Of a stretch of 64,000 nt of DNA, positions 46,343 through 55,782 are shown piece by piece. The stretch covers positions 4,579 to 68,578 of the forward strand of contig JAHJQX010000010.1 in NCBI GenBank assembly GCA_018818965.1, given 5' to 3'. Position numbers and translations under genes: made by a program. Positions within the stretch are counted from its first letter, which is position 1. The number at the start of each line of letters is the position of its first letter. The stretch is from Patescibacteria group bacterium. GTDB lineage: Bacteria; Patescibacteriota; JABMPQ01. Under the pieces are notes generated by a model. It was given only the letters and a program-made list of their open reading frames with translations. It had not been told where the DNA came from and ran no database searches.

Positions 46343-48211
46343 CTATATAGTATCAGCAATCCTCTCCTTGTCAAGCATAATTTCAATTTTTTTCTCGGTG
46401 CGCGGGATCTTTTTGACCCAGAATGGCCAAAGAGAAATTTCCACGCTAACTATGTTCGGATTGCCCAGAATATGATCACGTGCTTCCTGTTCAGTTTGAC
46501 CCCTAATATCCCTTTTCATCTTCTGCTCATCAAGACGCCAGGCTACTTCTTTACTAATCGACACCTTGATAGTAACTGCTTCTTGGCCATTAAAACCTTG
46601 TTCTACTTTCTCAAAAGCTATACCCTGTTCAATATCATCATTAATAATATATTTCTCGGTGGGAACCAATCGGTCAAATTTACTAGCTAACAACTGTGAA
46701 AAATCGTTTCGGGAAAAAGTTAAGCCGGTAGCCCGGACGCTAACTTTCATGTCAAACTCATCAGCTTCGGTATCGGCCTCAGCGCTGGCTTCAACCTCGG
46801 CGATTTCTTGCTCAAACATCCCGGACGGCAATATTTTATCACCACTTAGATCGTTGGTTAATTTTTTAGTTGCTTCGGCGGCAGCGGTAGTTACTAGTGA
46901 CTGTTTAGCCTCACTCAAATTTTCGGCTGATACTACTTTTACTTTGCGTGAAGAGCCGCCAGTAAACTGAGTTGTACTTTTGCCATAAATGTCACTTTGC
47001 TTACTCTGAGGTAGACTAGCAATAACAAAATTGGCTGGTCCAATATTGTAATCTTCCCCCGCTGTCCCCGCCTCCACTCGCACTTTTACTTGTCCTGGAA
47101 TGGCTTCACCCTCTTCTATGTGTGCTCCCGGTATTACTACTTCTTGCAAAGTAATATAAACCAAGCCATTAGTGATTAGTTGAGACGAGGTTGGTAAAAG
47201 TTGTGCCTCGGAAGAAAAACTATTATGCAAAACTACCTGCCCCCGAGCTTTATCACCAACTTCTTTTTCGCCAGTGGCCTCAAATTTCTTTTTGTCACTT
47301 TTACTTTCAGTTGTTACTAGTTCTCCCGGAATGGTTGCCTTTTCGGTATCAACGTCAGTAATATTTTGACTAATCACCATTTCAAAAGAAGTGGAAAATG
47401 GCTCTGTTTTAGGAACCAAGGATATTTCCGCTTTCGGTAAAACCAAAAAAAACACTAGCCCTAAAACTACCAAACTAATGGTAAAGAAAAGCGAGAAAGA
47501 TTTTATACTCAGGGAAGGCAGAAGAAATACTCGCCCTTTAACTGACTTTTTTGTTTTTCGACGGGAAGAAAGCGGACGCAAGTTAGACTGCTTAGCTTCA
47601 ACGGTAGTAGCTGGATTCGACGAAGGAGCTGCTGGCGGATGTTTGGGTTTGCTCTTTTTCCTGGCTGTAAATATCTTAGTCAAAACAGATAACTCGCTTT
47701 TACTTCTCTCTTTGGGAGAACGGGGCGTGTATTTTTTAGCTTTGCGTTGAAAAAGACGAGAATTATCTAGCCGAATTTCCTGGAACATATTGCTCTCCGA
47801 CTGGTCATCATCTGGTTCATTACCATCTCTAGATTGATAATCTGGGATTGAGTCTATCGGCTCTGCTTCCCCTATTTCTCCAACTTCGTCAGCTGATTCC
47901 GTTTCAGCTTCTGGCTCACTTAGATTTTCAATTTCCCCTGTCTCCCTAGCCAATTTTCCCGACAGCCTGGCTTGAGTAGTCAGACCCGCTTTTTTGGCCA
48001 GGCTCCTTCCGCCCACGTCAGTTGTTACCAAAATAACTTTCTTACCTAAAATATCAGCTTGCCGCCGCAGTAGTTTTAAATTGACAATGCTTTGCACAAT
48101 AGAAGCGCGACGCGGCACTAAAACATAAACAGTGCTACTGCTAGCACTGGCAATTTTATCAACCGCCGAAGTTATTTCTTCGTCTGTTTCTAAATAAACC
48201 TTGTCGCTCAT
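46343..48211 (-). CDS. large hypothetical bitopic membrane protein co-located with ftsA
   Basis: 622 aa. About 95-aa N-terminal cytoplasmic domain (MSDKVYLETDEEITSAVDKIAS...VILVTTDVGGRSLAKKAGL), an acidic then basic disordered linker, one TM (VFLLPSLSIKSFSLFFTISLVVLGLVFFLVLP) and an extracytoplasmic domain of about 370 aa. Starts 7 nt after the ftsA stop. Confidence 0.55.
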   Translation of the reverse strand: MSDKVYLETDEEITSAVDKIASASSSTVYVLVPRRASIVQSIVNLKLLRRQADILGKKVILVTTDVGGRSLAKKAGLTTQARLSGKLARETGEIENLSEPEAETESADEVGEIGEAEPIDSIPDYQSRDGNEPDDDQSESNMFQEIRLDNSRLFQRKAKKYTPRSPKERSKSELSVLTKIFTARKKSKPKHPPAAPSSNPATTVEAKQSNLRPLSSRRKTKKSVKGRVFLLPSLSIKSFSLFFTISLVVLGLVFFLVLPKAEISLVPKTEPFSTSFEMVISQNITDVDTEKATIPGELVTTESKSDKKKFEATGEKEVGDKARGQVVLHNSFSSEAQLLPTSSQLITNGLVYITLQEVVIPGAHIEEGEAIPGQVKVRVEAGTAGEDYNIGPANFVIASLPQSKQSDIYGKSTTQFTGGSSRKVKVVSAENLSEAKQSLVTTAAAEATKKLTNDLSGDKILPSGMFEQEIAEVEASAEADTEADEFDMKVSVRATGLTFSRNDFSQLLASKFDRLVPTEKYIINDDIEQGIAFEKVEQGFNGQEAVTIKVSISKEVAWRLDEQKMKRDIRGQTEQEARDHILGNPNIVSVEISLWPFWVKKIPRTEKKIEIMLDKERIADTI

Positions 48212-48218
48212 ATTTGTT

Positions 48219-49481
48219 TTAAGTCTGCATTATCTTTACCACCTTGCGCAAGGCACGATGCAAAATATCTTCCTCGCCCGCCAGATCAATCGCTAGGTTG
48301 GCCAAAGCCATCGGCGTAATATCCTGTTGATCAACCAGCTTACCAGTTTCATCAACAATATTAACTACCTCTCCTGGTTTAATGAAGGAAACATGGGGTG
48401 GTTTAGCAAAAGGTAAATTTTTGGTCCAAGTCTCTGAAAGTAGAGAAGATTTGATGCCTGGCAACACACTACCACCACCACAGAGAAGAATGCGTGCTGG
48501 TAAAAGATCCAAATTAGAAAATTCGCTGAGAGCCAGTTCTACTCCTGATAACCATACCTTACAATCGGCATCCAAAATATTTTTAACTTTACGTGTTCTC
48601 TGTACTGGTAGAGATCCTTTCGAGTATTCAATTTTTACCTTTTCCGCCTCCGTAAAACTTATCCCCAATTCATTGGAAACACGCTTAGTAAAAGCTCGTC
48701 CTCCTAGGGCAAACATCTTAGTGCCCTCTAGGCCTCCATTTCGTACTACGGCAATATCAGTGGTACCACCACCAACGTCCATAAAAATAGCGTTGAATTC
48801 CACCGAATCTTCCGCTCCGACTGAACGCGCCACCGTGTAAGGCTCAGCGGCAATCGAAAGCAAATCCATATCCAGTTCAGTGGCAATAGTCTGCAAAGCA
48901 CCCAGATGAACCAAGGGAGCATAGGCATTAAAAATTGAAATGGAGACATCCTTGCCCTGAAAACCAAGCGGGTTGGTAATCTTATATCCATCGATTTTAA
49001 CATCGACAATAGCTGCGTTGATCAAGCGGACGTCCATTTCATTGTGGCCTGTCTCCCACGACAACTGCTTGCGTACCTTATCAAAAGCTTTCCATTGTAC
49101 CTTGTGAATAATATTCTTTAGTTCCGACAGGTCTATTTTGGATTTGGGCTTCAGCCGCTCGTAGTGAACAGTGGTAGTGGTTCCCTTAACTAACTCACCC
49201 GCAATCCCCAAGATTACTTGATCGGGTCGAACACCAGCTTGCTCGACAGCTTCATCAAGTGCCTTCTCACTGGTGCGGACCACACCTTCAATATCAGTCA
49301 CCCCACCTGATTGCATATCACCTAGTCGTTGCTGATAACGACCCACTCCCTTGACAATTCCTTTACCTTCCTTGACGTCTATTTCAAAAACCAAAGCCTT
49401 CACGACCTCGGTGCCAACATCAAGGGCAAGAGCATAATGACCCAAGTTCTCCCGATGGATTATTTTATTAAAAATTCCCAT
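48219..49481 (-). CDS. ftsA: cell division protein FtsA (actin-like ATPase; FtsA/PilM family)
   Basis: 420 aa. LALDVGTEVVKALVFE phosphate-1, DVGGGTTDIAVV phosphate-2 and an SHS2-type insert. Confidence 0.75.
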   Translation of the reverse strand: MGIFNKIIHRENLGHYALALDVGTEVVKALVFEIDVKEGKGIVKGVGRYQQRLGDMQSGGVTDIEGVVRTSEKALDEAVEQAGVRPDQVILGIAGELVKGTTTTVHYERLKPKSKIDLSELKNIIHKVQWKAFDKVRKQLSWETGHNEMDVRLINAAIVDVKIDGYKITNPLGFQGKDVSISIFNAYAPLVHLGALQTIATELDMDLLSIAAEPYTVARSVGAEDSVEFNAIFMDVGGGTTDIAVVRNGGLEGTKMFALGGRAFTKRVSNELGISFTEAEKVKIEYSKGSLPVQRTRKVKNILDADCKVWLSGVELALSEFSNLDLLPARILLCGGGSVLPGIKSSLLSETWTKNLPFAKPPHVSFIKPGEVVNIVDETGKLVDQQDITPMALANLAIDLAGEEDILHRALRKVVKIMQT

Positions 49482-49529
49482 AAATATAATACAAACCTCT
49501 CGTAGTTAGTTACTACCAGCTGCCAGAAT

Positions 49530-49565
49530 ATTATACCACATTAGTTGGTAAATAAAAAACCCTAT
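49530..49565 (-). promoter_or_regulatory. putative promoter with extended -10 (TGGTATAAT) for ftsA
   Basis: Minus-strand TGGTATAAT at 49538-49530, with a weak -35 (TTTTTA) 17 nt upstream. About 50 nt upstream of the ftsA ATG. Confidence 0.35.
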
Positions 49566-49584
49566 ATCTGTTGTTGATATAAGG
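49553..49584 (-). terminator. intrinsic terminator after alaS
   Basis: Minus-strand hairpin CCTTATATC...GATATAGGG (49584-49560, one bulge) followed by TTTTTTA (49559-49553). Lies 27 nt after the alaS stop. Confidence 0.5.
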
Positions 49585-49610
49585 AAATGTTTAAAACTAA
49601 TATTGCCTAC

Positions 49611-51542
49611 CTATTCCAGTACTGCTTTTACTCGCCGCACTCCCGCTCCCGATGATTGCTCTTTCTTTATTTTAAATTTTCCTAGTTCTTTGGTATTTTT
49701 TACATGGGGACCACCACAAAGCTCACCGGAAATATCACTAATAGTATAGACTTTTACCTTATTGCCATACTTGTCTTCAAATAATCCAATTACATCGCGT
49801 TTTTTAGCTTCCTCGTAGGGCAATTCTTCGCATTCCACTTTCAGCCCGGCTGTAATCCATCCATTGACTAGTTTTTCGGTGGCGGCGATTTGTTCTGGGG
49901 TCACCTTTTCGTCATGACTAAAATCAAAGCGCAGACGTTCAGTGGTGATATTACTGCCCTTTTGCTGAACATGATCACCTAGCACCTGCCTAAGAGCCGC
50001 CTGGAGCAAATGAGTGGCAGTATGCAACTTGGTTGTTTGTTCGTCGGCATCAGCTAAGCCGCCTTTGAATTTATCAGTTGAGGCGGAGCGGGAGAGGGCT
50101 TGGTGTTTTTCTAGCTCTTCGGCAAATCCTTCCTCGTCAAACTTTACCTTTTTTTCCTCGCAAAGTTCTTGCATTATCTCTTTGGGAAATCCATAGGTTT
50201 GATAAAAATAAAAAGCGCTATCACCATATAGTATCCCTTGGTTCCATGATTTACCTATTCTGCCATATTTATCTAGCGGTTCTGTACTAAAAGCAAATTT
50301 ATCAAATTCTCTTAACCCTTTTTTCAACGCTTTACCAAATTTAGCTTCTTCTTTTCTTATTTCCTCAAGGATAAAATTGCTTTTTTCACCCACGTTTGAA
50401 TAAAAATCGGTCAACTTCGCATCCTCTTTATAAAAATCAATAACTGAAGCTGCTATAGGTTGAAGATAATATTCTCGTTCATTACCCAATCTCCTACCAG
50501 CCAAACAAGCACGCCTAATCAATCTTCTCACTAAATACCCCTGATCGACATTTGAAGGTCCCACTCCTCGATCATCAGCCATTATCATCGTCGCTGCTCT
50601 AACATGATCAGCAATAATCCTTATTTCTTTCTTTGTCTTTTCTCCACAATCTACATAACTTTTACCAATTTCTTTCTCCACCTTAGCAATAATTGGCTTA
50701 AAAACATCAATCATAAAAATATCAGGCACGTCGAGGCTCGCCATCACCATCCGCTCCAGACCCCCACCAAAGTCAACATTATTTTGCGGCAGGGGCTCGA
50801 AGCTATCTTCGGTCTTTTTGTACTGCATAAAGACACTATTGCCAATTTCAATAAACCGACCACAATCGCAATTAATGTGACACGGCTTGTTTTTGAAAGA
50901 AGATTTTTCGTGTATCTCTAGCTCCTCGCCAAAGTCCCAAAATATCTCCGAATCGGGACCACCGGGCTCGCCAACTGGCATGTTTTTCGTCACTCCACTG
51001 CGTGACCACCAGTTTTTGGTTTCGTCATAGTAAAATATTCGGCCATTCTGCATCCCTTTTTTCTCCGCCTCGTCAATCACTCGCGCTTTAATACCAGCTC
51101 CAGCAAAAACTTCTTGCCAAAGCTTAGCTGAATCCTCATCGCGTGGGATATTAGCTTCTTCCTGACCCCGAAAGATAGAAACATAAATCCGCCCCGGATC
51201 CAGCCCAACCACCTCCGTCAAAAACTCAAACACCCAGGGGATTTGTTCCTCTTTAAAATAATCTCCCAGCGACCAATTACCTAGCATTTCAAAAAAAGTA
51301 GTATGCCGATTATCACCTACTTCCTCAATATCCTGGGAACGAAAACACTTCTGCGAATCAGCTAGTCGCGCCCCCTGCGGATGCTTTTCGCCTAGTAGAT
51401 AAGGTATCATCGGCTGCATTCCCGAACCAGTAAAAAGAGTGGTGGGATCATTTTCAGGTAATAAAGAAGCCGAGGGTAAAATGGCATGCCCTTTTTCAAT
51501 AAAAAAGTCTAAATACTTTTCCCGCAACTCGGTGACGGTCAT
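49611..51542 (-). CDS. alaS: alanyl-tRNA synthetase, short form (catalytic, tRNA-recognition and editing domains; no C-Ala domain)
   Basis: 643 aa. N-terminal class II core (...FTGSGMQPM...) and editing-domain HxxxH...CGGPH motifs (HTATHLLQAAL...CGGPHV). Ends at least 200 aa short of typical bacterial AlaRS. Confidence 0.9.
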   Translation of the reverse strand: MTVTELREKYLDFFIEKGHAILPSASLLPENDPTTLFTGSGMQPMIPYLLGEKHPQGARLADSQKCFRSQDIEEVGDNRHTTFFEMLGNWSLGDYFKEEQIPWVFEFLTEVVGLDPGRIYVSIFRGQEEANIPRDEDSAKLWQEVFAGAGIKARVIDEAEKKGMQNGRIFYYDETKNWWSRSGVTKNMPVGEPGGPDSEIFWDFGEELEIHEKSSFKNKPCHINCDCGRFIEIGNSVFMQYKKTEDSFEPLPQNNVDFGGGLERMVMASLDVPDIFMIDVFKPIIAKVEKEIGKSYVDCGEKTKKEIRIIADHVRAATMIMADDRGVGPSNVDQGYLVRRLIRRACLAGRRLGNEREYYLQPIAASVIDFYKEDAKLTDFYSNVGEKSNFILEEIRKEEAKFGKALKKGLREFDKFAFSTEPLDKYGRIGKSWNQGILYGDSAFYFYQTYGFPKEIMQELCEEKKVKFDEEGFAEELEKHQALSRSASTDKFKGGLADADEQTTKLHTATHLLQAALRQVLGDHVQQKGSNITTERLRFDFSHDEKVTPEQIAATEKLVNGWITAGLKVECEELPYEEAKKRDVIGLFEDKYGNKVKVYTISDISGELCGGPHVKNTKELGKFKIKKEQSSGAGVRRVKAVLE

Positions 51543-51551
51543 TTCAATAAC

Positions 51552-51767
51552 TTATCCTTCTAGTCTCATACGCGTAGCCTCTCGTGCCAATCTTTTCTCT
51601 TCGGCAAATAATTCGTCTAACTCTTCTTCTAGCAACTCTTTCCGTTTTTCCAGATCGCGAATGTCTATTCTTACTCTTCTAACTTCTTTTTCTCGCTTAC
51701 CAATGTCCTCTCGGAGATCTTCTAATTCTCCCTGAATCCTTTTACTTGGATCACTAAAGTCTGGCAT
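51552..51767 (-). CDS. small coiled-coil protein (71 aa), hypothetical
   Basis: Charged heptad-like sequence (EDLREDIGKREKEVRRVRIDIRDLEKRKELLEEELDELFAEEKRL). Sits between mnmA and alaS with 11-nt and 9-nt gaps. Confidence 0.4.
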   Translation of the reverse strand: MPDFSDPSKRIQGELEDLREDIGKREKEVRRVRIDIRDLEKRKELLEEELDELFAEEKRLAREATRMRLEG

Positions 51768-51778
51768 ATTTTAGTAGT

Positions 51779-52861
51779 TTACTTTTTTATTATTCCCCCT
51801 CCTAATAATTCATTCTGATGATAAAAAACTACCGACTGGCCCGGCATGACCGCTCGTTGAGCAGTAACAAGATCAACTCGGTATCCTTGGGGATCAGCAG
51901 TGACCTCAGCCGCCACTGGTTTTGTATTATACCTCACTACCGCCTCCGCCACCAGAGGCCAAGTTGGCTCCTGCCCACTCACCCAATTAATTGTTCTACA
52001 TTTAACAATTCGAGAATATAGTTTTTTATCCTGCGGATTATTAGTAACTACTAAATTATTATTAGGCCAATCTCGATTCACCACATAATATGGCCCCTTA
52101 CCGCCAACCCTTACTCCTTTCCTCTGGCCAACAGTATATGAATGTAGCCCGTGATGCTGGCCAATCACCTTTCCAGATATGTCGACAATTGACCCTTCTT
52201 CCGCCCCACCTAAATGCCTGTCTACAAAATCTTCGACTGTATTACCAACAAAACAGATATCCTGGCTTTCTTTGACAGCAGTTACAGGCAAATCTAGCTG
52301 GAAAGCAATTTTTCTGACTTCACTTTTTTTATATCCTCCTAGGGGAAATAATAAATACTTAAGCTGCTGCTGGGTTAAATTATAGAGAAAATATGATTGA
52401 TCTTTTTTAACATCCTTAGCCTTAAAAAGCTTATATTTACCCTTGCTCTCACCCTTTTCTACGTAGTGCCCCGTCGCCAAACAATCAAATCCCAACTCTC
52501 TGATCTTATCAAGAAGCAAACCAAATTTTATCTCACGGTTACAAACTACGCAAGGATTAGGCGTATGGTGTTGCCGATATTCAGAGAGAAAATTGTCCAC
52601 TACTTGCTCTTTAAATTCCTTTTTAAAATCCAAGGAGTAAAAAGGAATTTTCAACTTGTTCGCCACCGCTCGCACCCGCTTTTCTGCTGCACTAGAGCAA
52701 CAACGATTCTCTCGCCGACAGCCAGACTGATCCTGCCAAAAGTACATAAAAAAACCAGTCACATCACAGTCACTTTTTTGTAACAGAGCAGCGGCCACTG
52801 ATGAATCTACTCCTCCTGACATAGCTACCGCCACCCGAAGTCGACGTTTGTTTCTCATCAT
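51779..52861 (-). CDS. mnmA: tRNA-specific 2-thiouridylase MnmA
   Basis: 360 aa. PP-loop SGGVDSSV, with catalytic Cys residues in the ...CCSS... region and a downstream conserved Cys. Confidence 0.9.
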   Translation of the reverse strand: MMRNKRRLRVAVAMSGGVDSSVAAALLQKSDCDVTGFFMYFWQDQSGCRRENRCCSSAAEKRVRAVANKLKIPFYSLDFKKEFKEQVVDNFLSEYRQHHTPNPCVVCNREIKFGLLLDKIRELGFDCLATGHYVEKGESKGKYKLFKAKDVKKDQSYFLYNLTQQQLKYLLFPLGGYKKSEVRKIAFQLDLPVTAVKESQDICFVGNTVEDFVDRHLGGAEEGSIVDISGKVIGQHHGLHSYTVGQRKGVRVGGKGPYYVVNRDWPNNNLVVTNNPQDKKLYSRIVKCRTINWVSGQEPTWPLVAEAVVRYNTKPVAAEVTADPQGYRVDLVTAQRAVMPGQSVVFYHQNELLGGGIIKK

Positions 52862-54426
52862 TACGAACGCTGGTCGTTAATTTTGACTACTTGGCCAGGT
52901 TTTATTCCGGCTCCTGATTTGCGACTCGGCCGCGAGTCAACTTTAGCTGGTTCGGTAGCTTTTTTCTGGTTACTGTTCCGCCCCCCGAGAGCAGTGGCGA
53001 AAGCTTTTTTAAAAGGCTGGTGAACTTTAGTATCCGGGGATGGTTGCGACGATCTATTAGATGTGATTGATCTATCTTTTGGTCTCCGATCCCTGTCCGC
53101 TGGTGCTCTATCAATCTTTTTCTCCTCGCTCTCTTCCTCCATTACCCCACTCCAACGAGCAATTTTATCTTCAACCACGTCTCGCTTCTTAGCATAACGC
53201 TCGCGCGAGATTTCAACAATTTTATCTCTGTTCCCCTCTGTTTCCCACAAAGGTGGTAGGGTCATAGCCGAAAAAGCCTGACTAGCCACCCCTTCTATCA
53301 TTAACTTTAAATATATGCGGTACTTAGTCAGATTAACTAGGTCAGTTTCGTCGAAAATTGGCTCAAATTCTTTAACTAGAACTTCGGCATCAGCTGCCCC
53401 GATTCGAAAACAGACAATCGTACCGACATTGCCAAACACAGCGTAGCGAACTTCTTCGGCTAGTTGATCAATATACTGGTGAGCCATTATCAAATCTAAG
53501 TGATACTTACGCGCTTCGGACAAGATATCAGCAAAACTTTCCGTCGCAAAATTTTGGAACTCATCGACATAGAGATAAAAATCGGCTCGTTCTTCCTCGG
53601 GAATATCAACTCGACTCATTGCTGCCAACTGGATTTTGGTAATTACCATCGCTCCAAAGAGAGCCGAGGCATCCTCACCTACCCTTCCCTTGGCTAAATT
53701 AAGTAATAGAATCTTCCGGTTATCCATGATGTCACGCATATCCAGAGTTGACTTAGACTGACCCACAATATTTCTGATCAAGGAAATTGACAAGAACTGA
53801 CCAACTTTATTCTGGATTGGAGCAATGGCTTCAGCCATAAATCTATCAGGATACTTCGAGAATTCATCTATCCAAAAAGACTTCACTACTGGATCAGTCA
53901 CCTTCTTGACCACTTTATTGCGAAAAGTCTTGTCCGTCAGCATTTTCATAATACCCAGTAGGGTGCTGCCAGGATAATCCATCAGAGCTAGAATAGTATT
54001 ACGCAGCACATATTCCAAACGCGGACCCCAAGAATCAGCCCAGATCTTTTTAAATACACCCAGCAGTCCTGACGCCACTAAATGCTTGTGATCAGGATCA
54101 ATATTCTCCATCACATTGAAAGCAATTGGATTATTAACGTCGCCAGGATTAAAATAGACAACATCGTTAATTCGGCTGGCGGGAACATAATCTAACATCC
54201 GATCAGCAAACTCACCATGAGGATCAACCACGCAGACTCCATTGCCAGCCTTAATATCAGAAATCACCATGTTCTCCAGCATGGTCGTTTTACCCATACC
54301 CGTTTTTCCGACCACATACATGTGCCGCCGTCGGTCATCAGTTCTAATACCAAACTTTCGACTTTGACCACGGAAATTGGTCTCGCCAAACAGGGTAACG
54401 TCTGATTGGGTTTTGTGTTTTTCCAT
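52861..54426 (-). CDS. TraD/VirD4-like (type IV coupling protein family, FtsK/HerA superfamily) P-loop ATPase, soluble form with a disordered basic C-terminal tail
   Basis: 521 aa. Walker A VVGKTGMGKTT and Walker B LYVDEFQNF. A TraG-D_C-like region (...ARKYHLDLIMAHQYIDQL...). The last roughly 100 aa are low-complexity Arg/Lys/Ser/Pro. Its stop overlaps the mnmA start (TAATGATG). No TM helix of its own. Confidence 0.6.
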   Translation of the reverse strand: MEKHKTQSDVTLFGETNFRGQSRKFGIRTDDRRRHMYVVGKTGMGKTTMLENMVISDIKAGNGVCVVDPHGEFADRMLDYVPASRINDVVYFNPGDVNNPIAFNVMENIDPDHKHLVASGLLGVFKKIWADSWGPRLEYVLRNTILALMDYPGSTLLGIMKMLTDKTFRNKVVKKVTDPVVKSFWIDEFSKYPDRFMAEAIAPIQNKVGQFLSISLIRNIVGQSKSTLDMRDIMDNRKILLLNLAKGRVGEDASALFGAMVITKIQLAAMSRVDIPEEERADFYLYVDEFQNFATESFADILSEARKYHLDLIMAHQYIDQLAEEVRYAVFGNVGTIVCFRIGAADAEVLVKEFEPIFDETDLVNLTKYRIYLKLMIEGVASQAFSAMTLPPLWETEGNRDKIVEISRERYAKKRDVVEDKIARWSGVMEEESEEKKIDRAPADRDRRPKDRSITSNRSSQPSPDTKVHQPFKKAFATALGGRNSNQKKATEPAKVDSRPSRKSGAGIKPGQVVKINDQRS

Positions 54427-54438
54427 CGATAATATAGA

Positions 54439-55713
54439 TTACTCCATTGGTAAATCACTCGGTGGCATTCCCTTACCCGCCTCGGCCGTGATAACTGCCG
54501 GAGATTTAACTGTAATATAAGGAAAGTGAAAAACCGTAGCTACTTCTTCCACACTCAGGATAAAGGGTTGGGCGCCAGCATCAATATCGCGAGCCTGATA
54601 ACGACGCACTAGATTAGACTGACGGGGAGGAATCCGAGTTTTCTTCCAGTAAGAAATAAACGTCCAATGCTTATGGTGAGGCTTGAAAGAATTAAGATTT
54701 TGGGAGTTAAACCCTTTGAATGTTCCCATCATGGGAAAACCGATTCTCTTTTTATTAAAGACATCTTTACGCCCTAAATACATCGTCCTAACTTTTACTT
54801 GAAATCCCCCTTTACTAATATTCTCCTGGATAGCTTTCACTGCTTCTTGCTCACCCGGCGACAGAAAAAGCATCTCGCTCGGCGGAGCTTCGCTCTTGTG
54901 AGAGGTATTTTGTGCCGCTCCCGCTGGCTCAATTGCACTAACAGCTGTATGCACTCCCTTTAGAAACAGCGGTTCATAGGGCTTGCCTTTTTTCTTAATC
55001 AGCTTGGCTACTAATTTATCACCAGCTTCTTTCCACTTATCGCTGACTGGACGTAAAATATACTGATACCAGATTTGTTCGCCATCACCGATACGACTCA
55101 TTACTTCCAGAGTGCCAGATAAGGGATCGATAAACTTGTCTTCATTAATCTCATCCATAAAATACTTATAAGTCCTAATCGGGTAAGCGTCCTCTCTCGT
55201 CAGTTTCCACTCTACTCCTACTAGGTCATACTCATCGTTCGGATACTTATTGGGAACAAAATGGACGTAGTCTTCTACTTCGATAATCTCAGCTTCTGGG
55301 TACTGAGCATAGACATTAGCTTCAACGTGATCGCGCAAAATCACCGGAACCCGGATAATAAAACGAATGTTACCAGCGATACTGACAATTTCTAAACTGA
55401 AAGTTTCCTGTGATTCTCCTTCTATAAATATCTCTTTAAAATTAGGTGGGGAATAAATAGTCCACAAGCCATTTAACACTTCTTCCATCGACTTGGGGTT
55501 CTTCTCGTTATCTTCGGGAACACTGATTGCCAACAAAATATACTCAATTGATTTTACATACTTGATTCTTTTAAAACTAAGCCAAATATAATAGACGGCT
55601 ACTATTGTCCCCGCGATGGCTAGCCACCATACTTTTTGGGCCACTATAAAAAACATGTACCAGAATTCGTACAAGAAATCAAAGAAATCAAGTGGCGGCA
55701 AATCGTTTAGCAC
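54439..55713 (-). CDS. hypothetical membrane protein (N-terminal TM hairpin plus a soluble domain of about 350 aa), partner of the TraD-like ATPase
   Basis: 424 aa. Two TM helices in residues 10-50 (FLYEFWYMFFIVAQKVWWLAIAGTIVAVYYIWL). No family recognised. Lies 12 nt upstream of the ATPase. Confidence 0.5.
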   Translation of the reverse strand: MLNDLPPLDFFDFLYEFWYMFFIVAQKVWWLAIAGTIVAVYYIWLSFKRIKYVKSIEYILLAISVPEDNEKNPKSMEEVLNGLWTIYSPPNFKEIFIEGESQETFSLEIVSIAGNIRFIIRVPVILRDHVEANVYAQYPEAEIIEVEDYVHFVPNKYPNDEYDLVGVEWKLTREDAYPIRTYKYFMDEINEDKFIDPLSGTLEVMSRIGDGEQIWYQYILRPVSDKWKEAGDKLVAKLIKKKGKPYEPLFLKGVHTAVSAIEPAGAAQNTSHKSEAPPSEMLFLSPGEQEAVKAIQENISKGGFQVKVRTMYLGRKDVFNKKRIGFPMMGTFKGFNSQNLNSFKPHHKHWTFISYWKKTRIPPRQSNLVRRYQARDIDAGAQPFILSVEEVATVFHFPYITVKSPAVITAEAGKGMPPSDLPME

Positions 55714-55782
55714 AGATATTCTTTTTACTAGGCTTTTATTTTTGTATTATATAATATCTGCTAGCCTGGGGAAATAGATAAA

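Noticed and set aside
47391-47750. 119-aa plus-strand ORF
   Set aside because: Antisense to the 622-aa gene, within its low-complexity linker.
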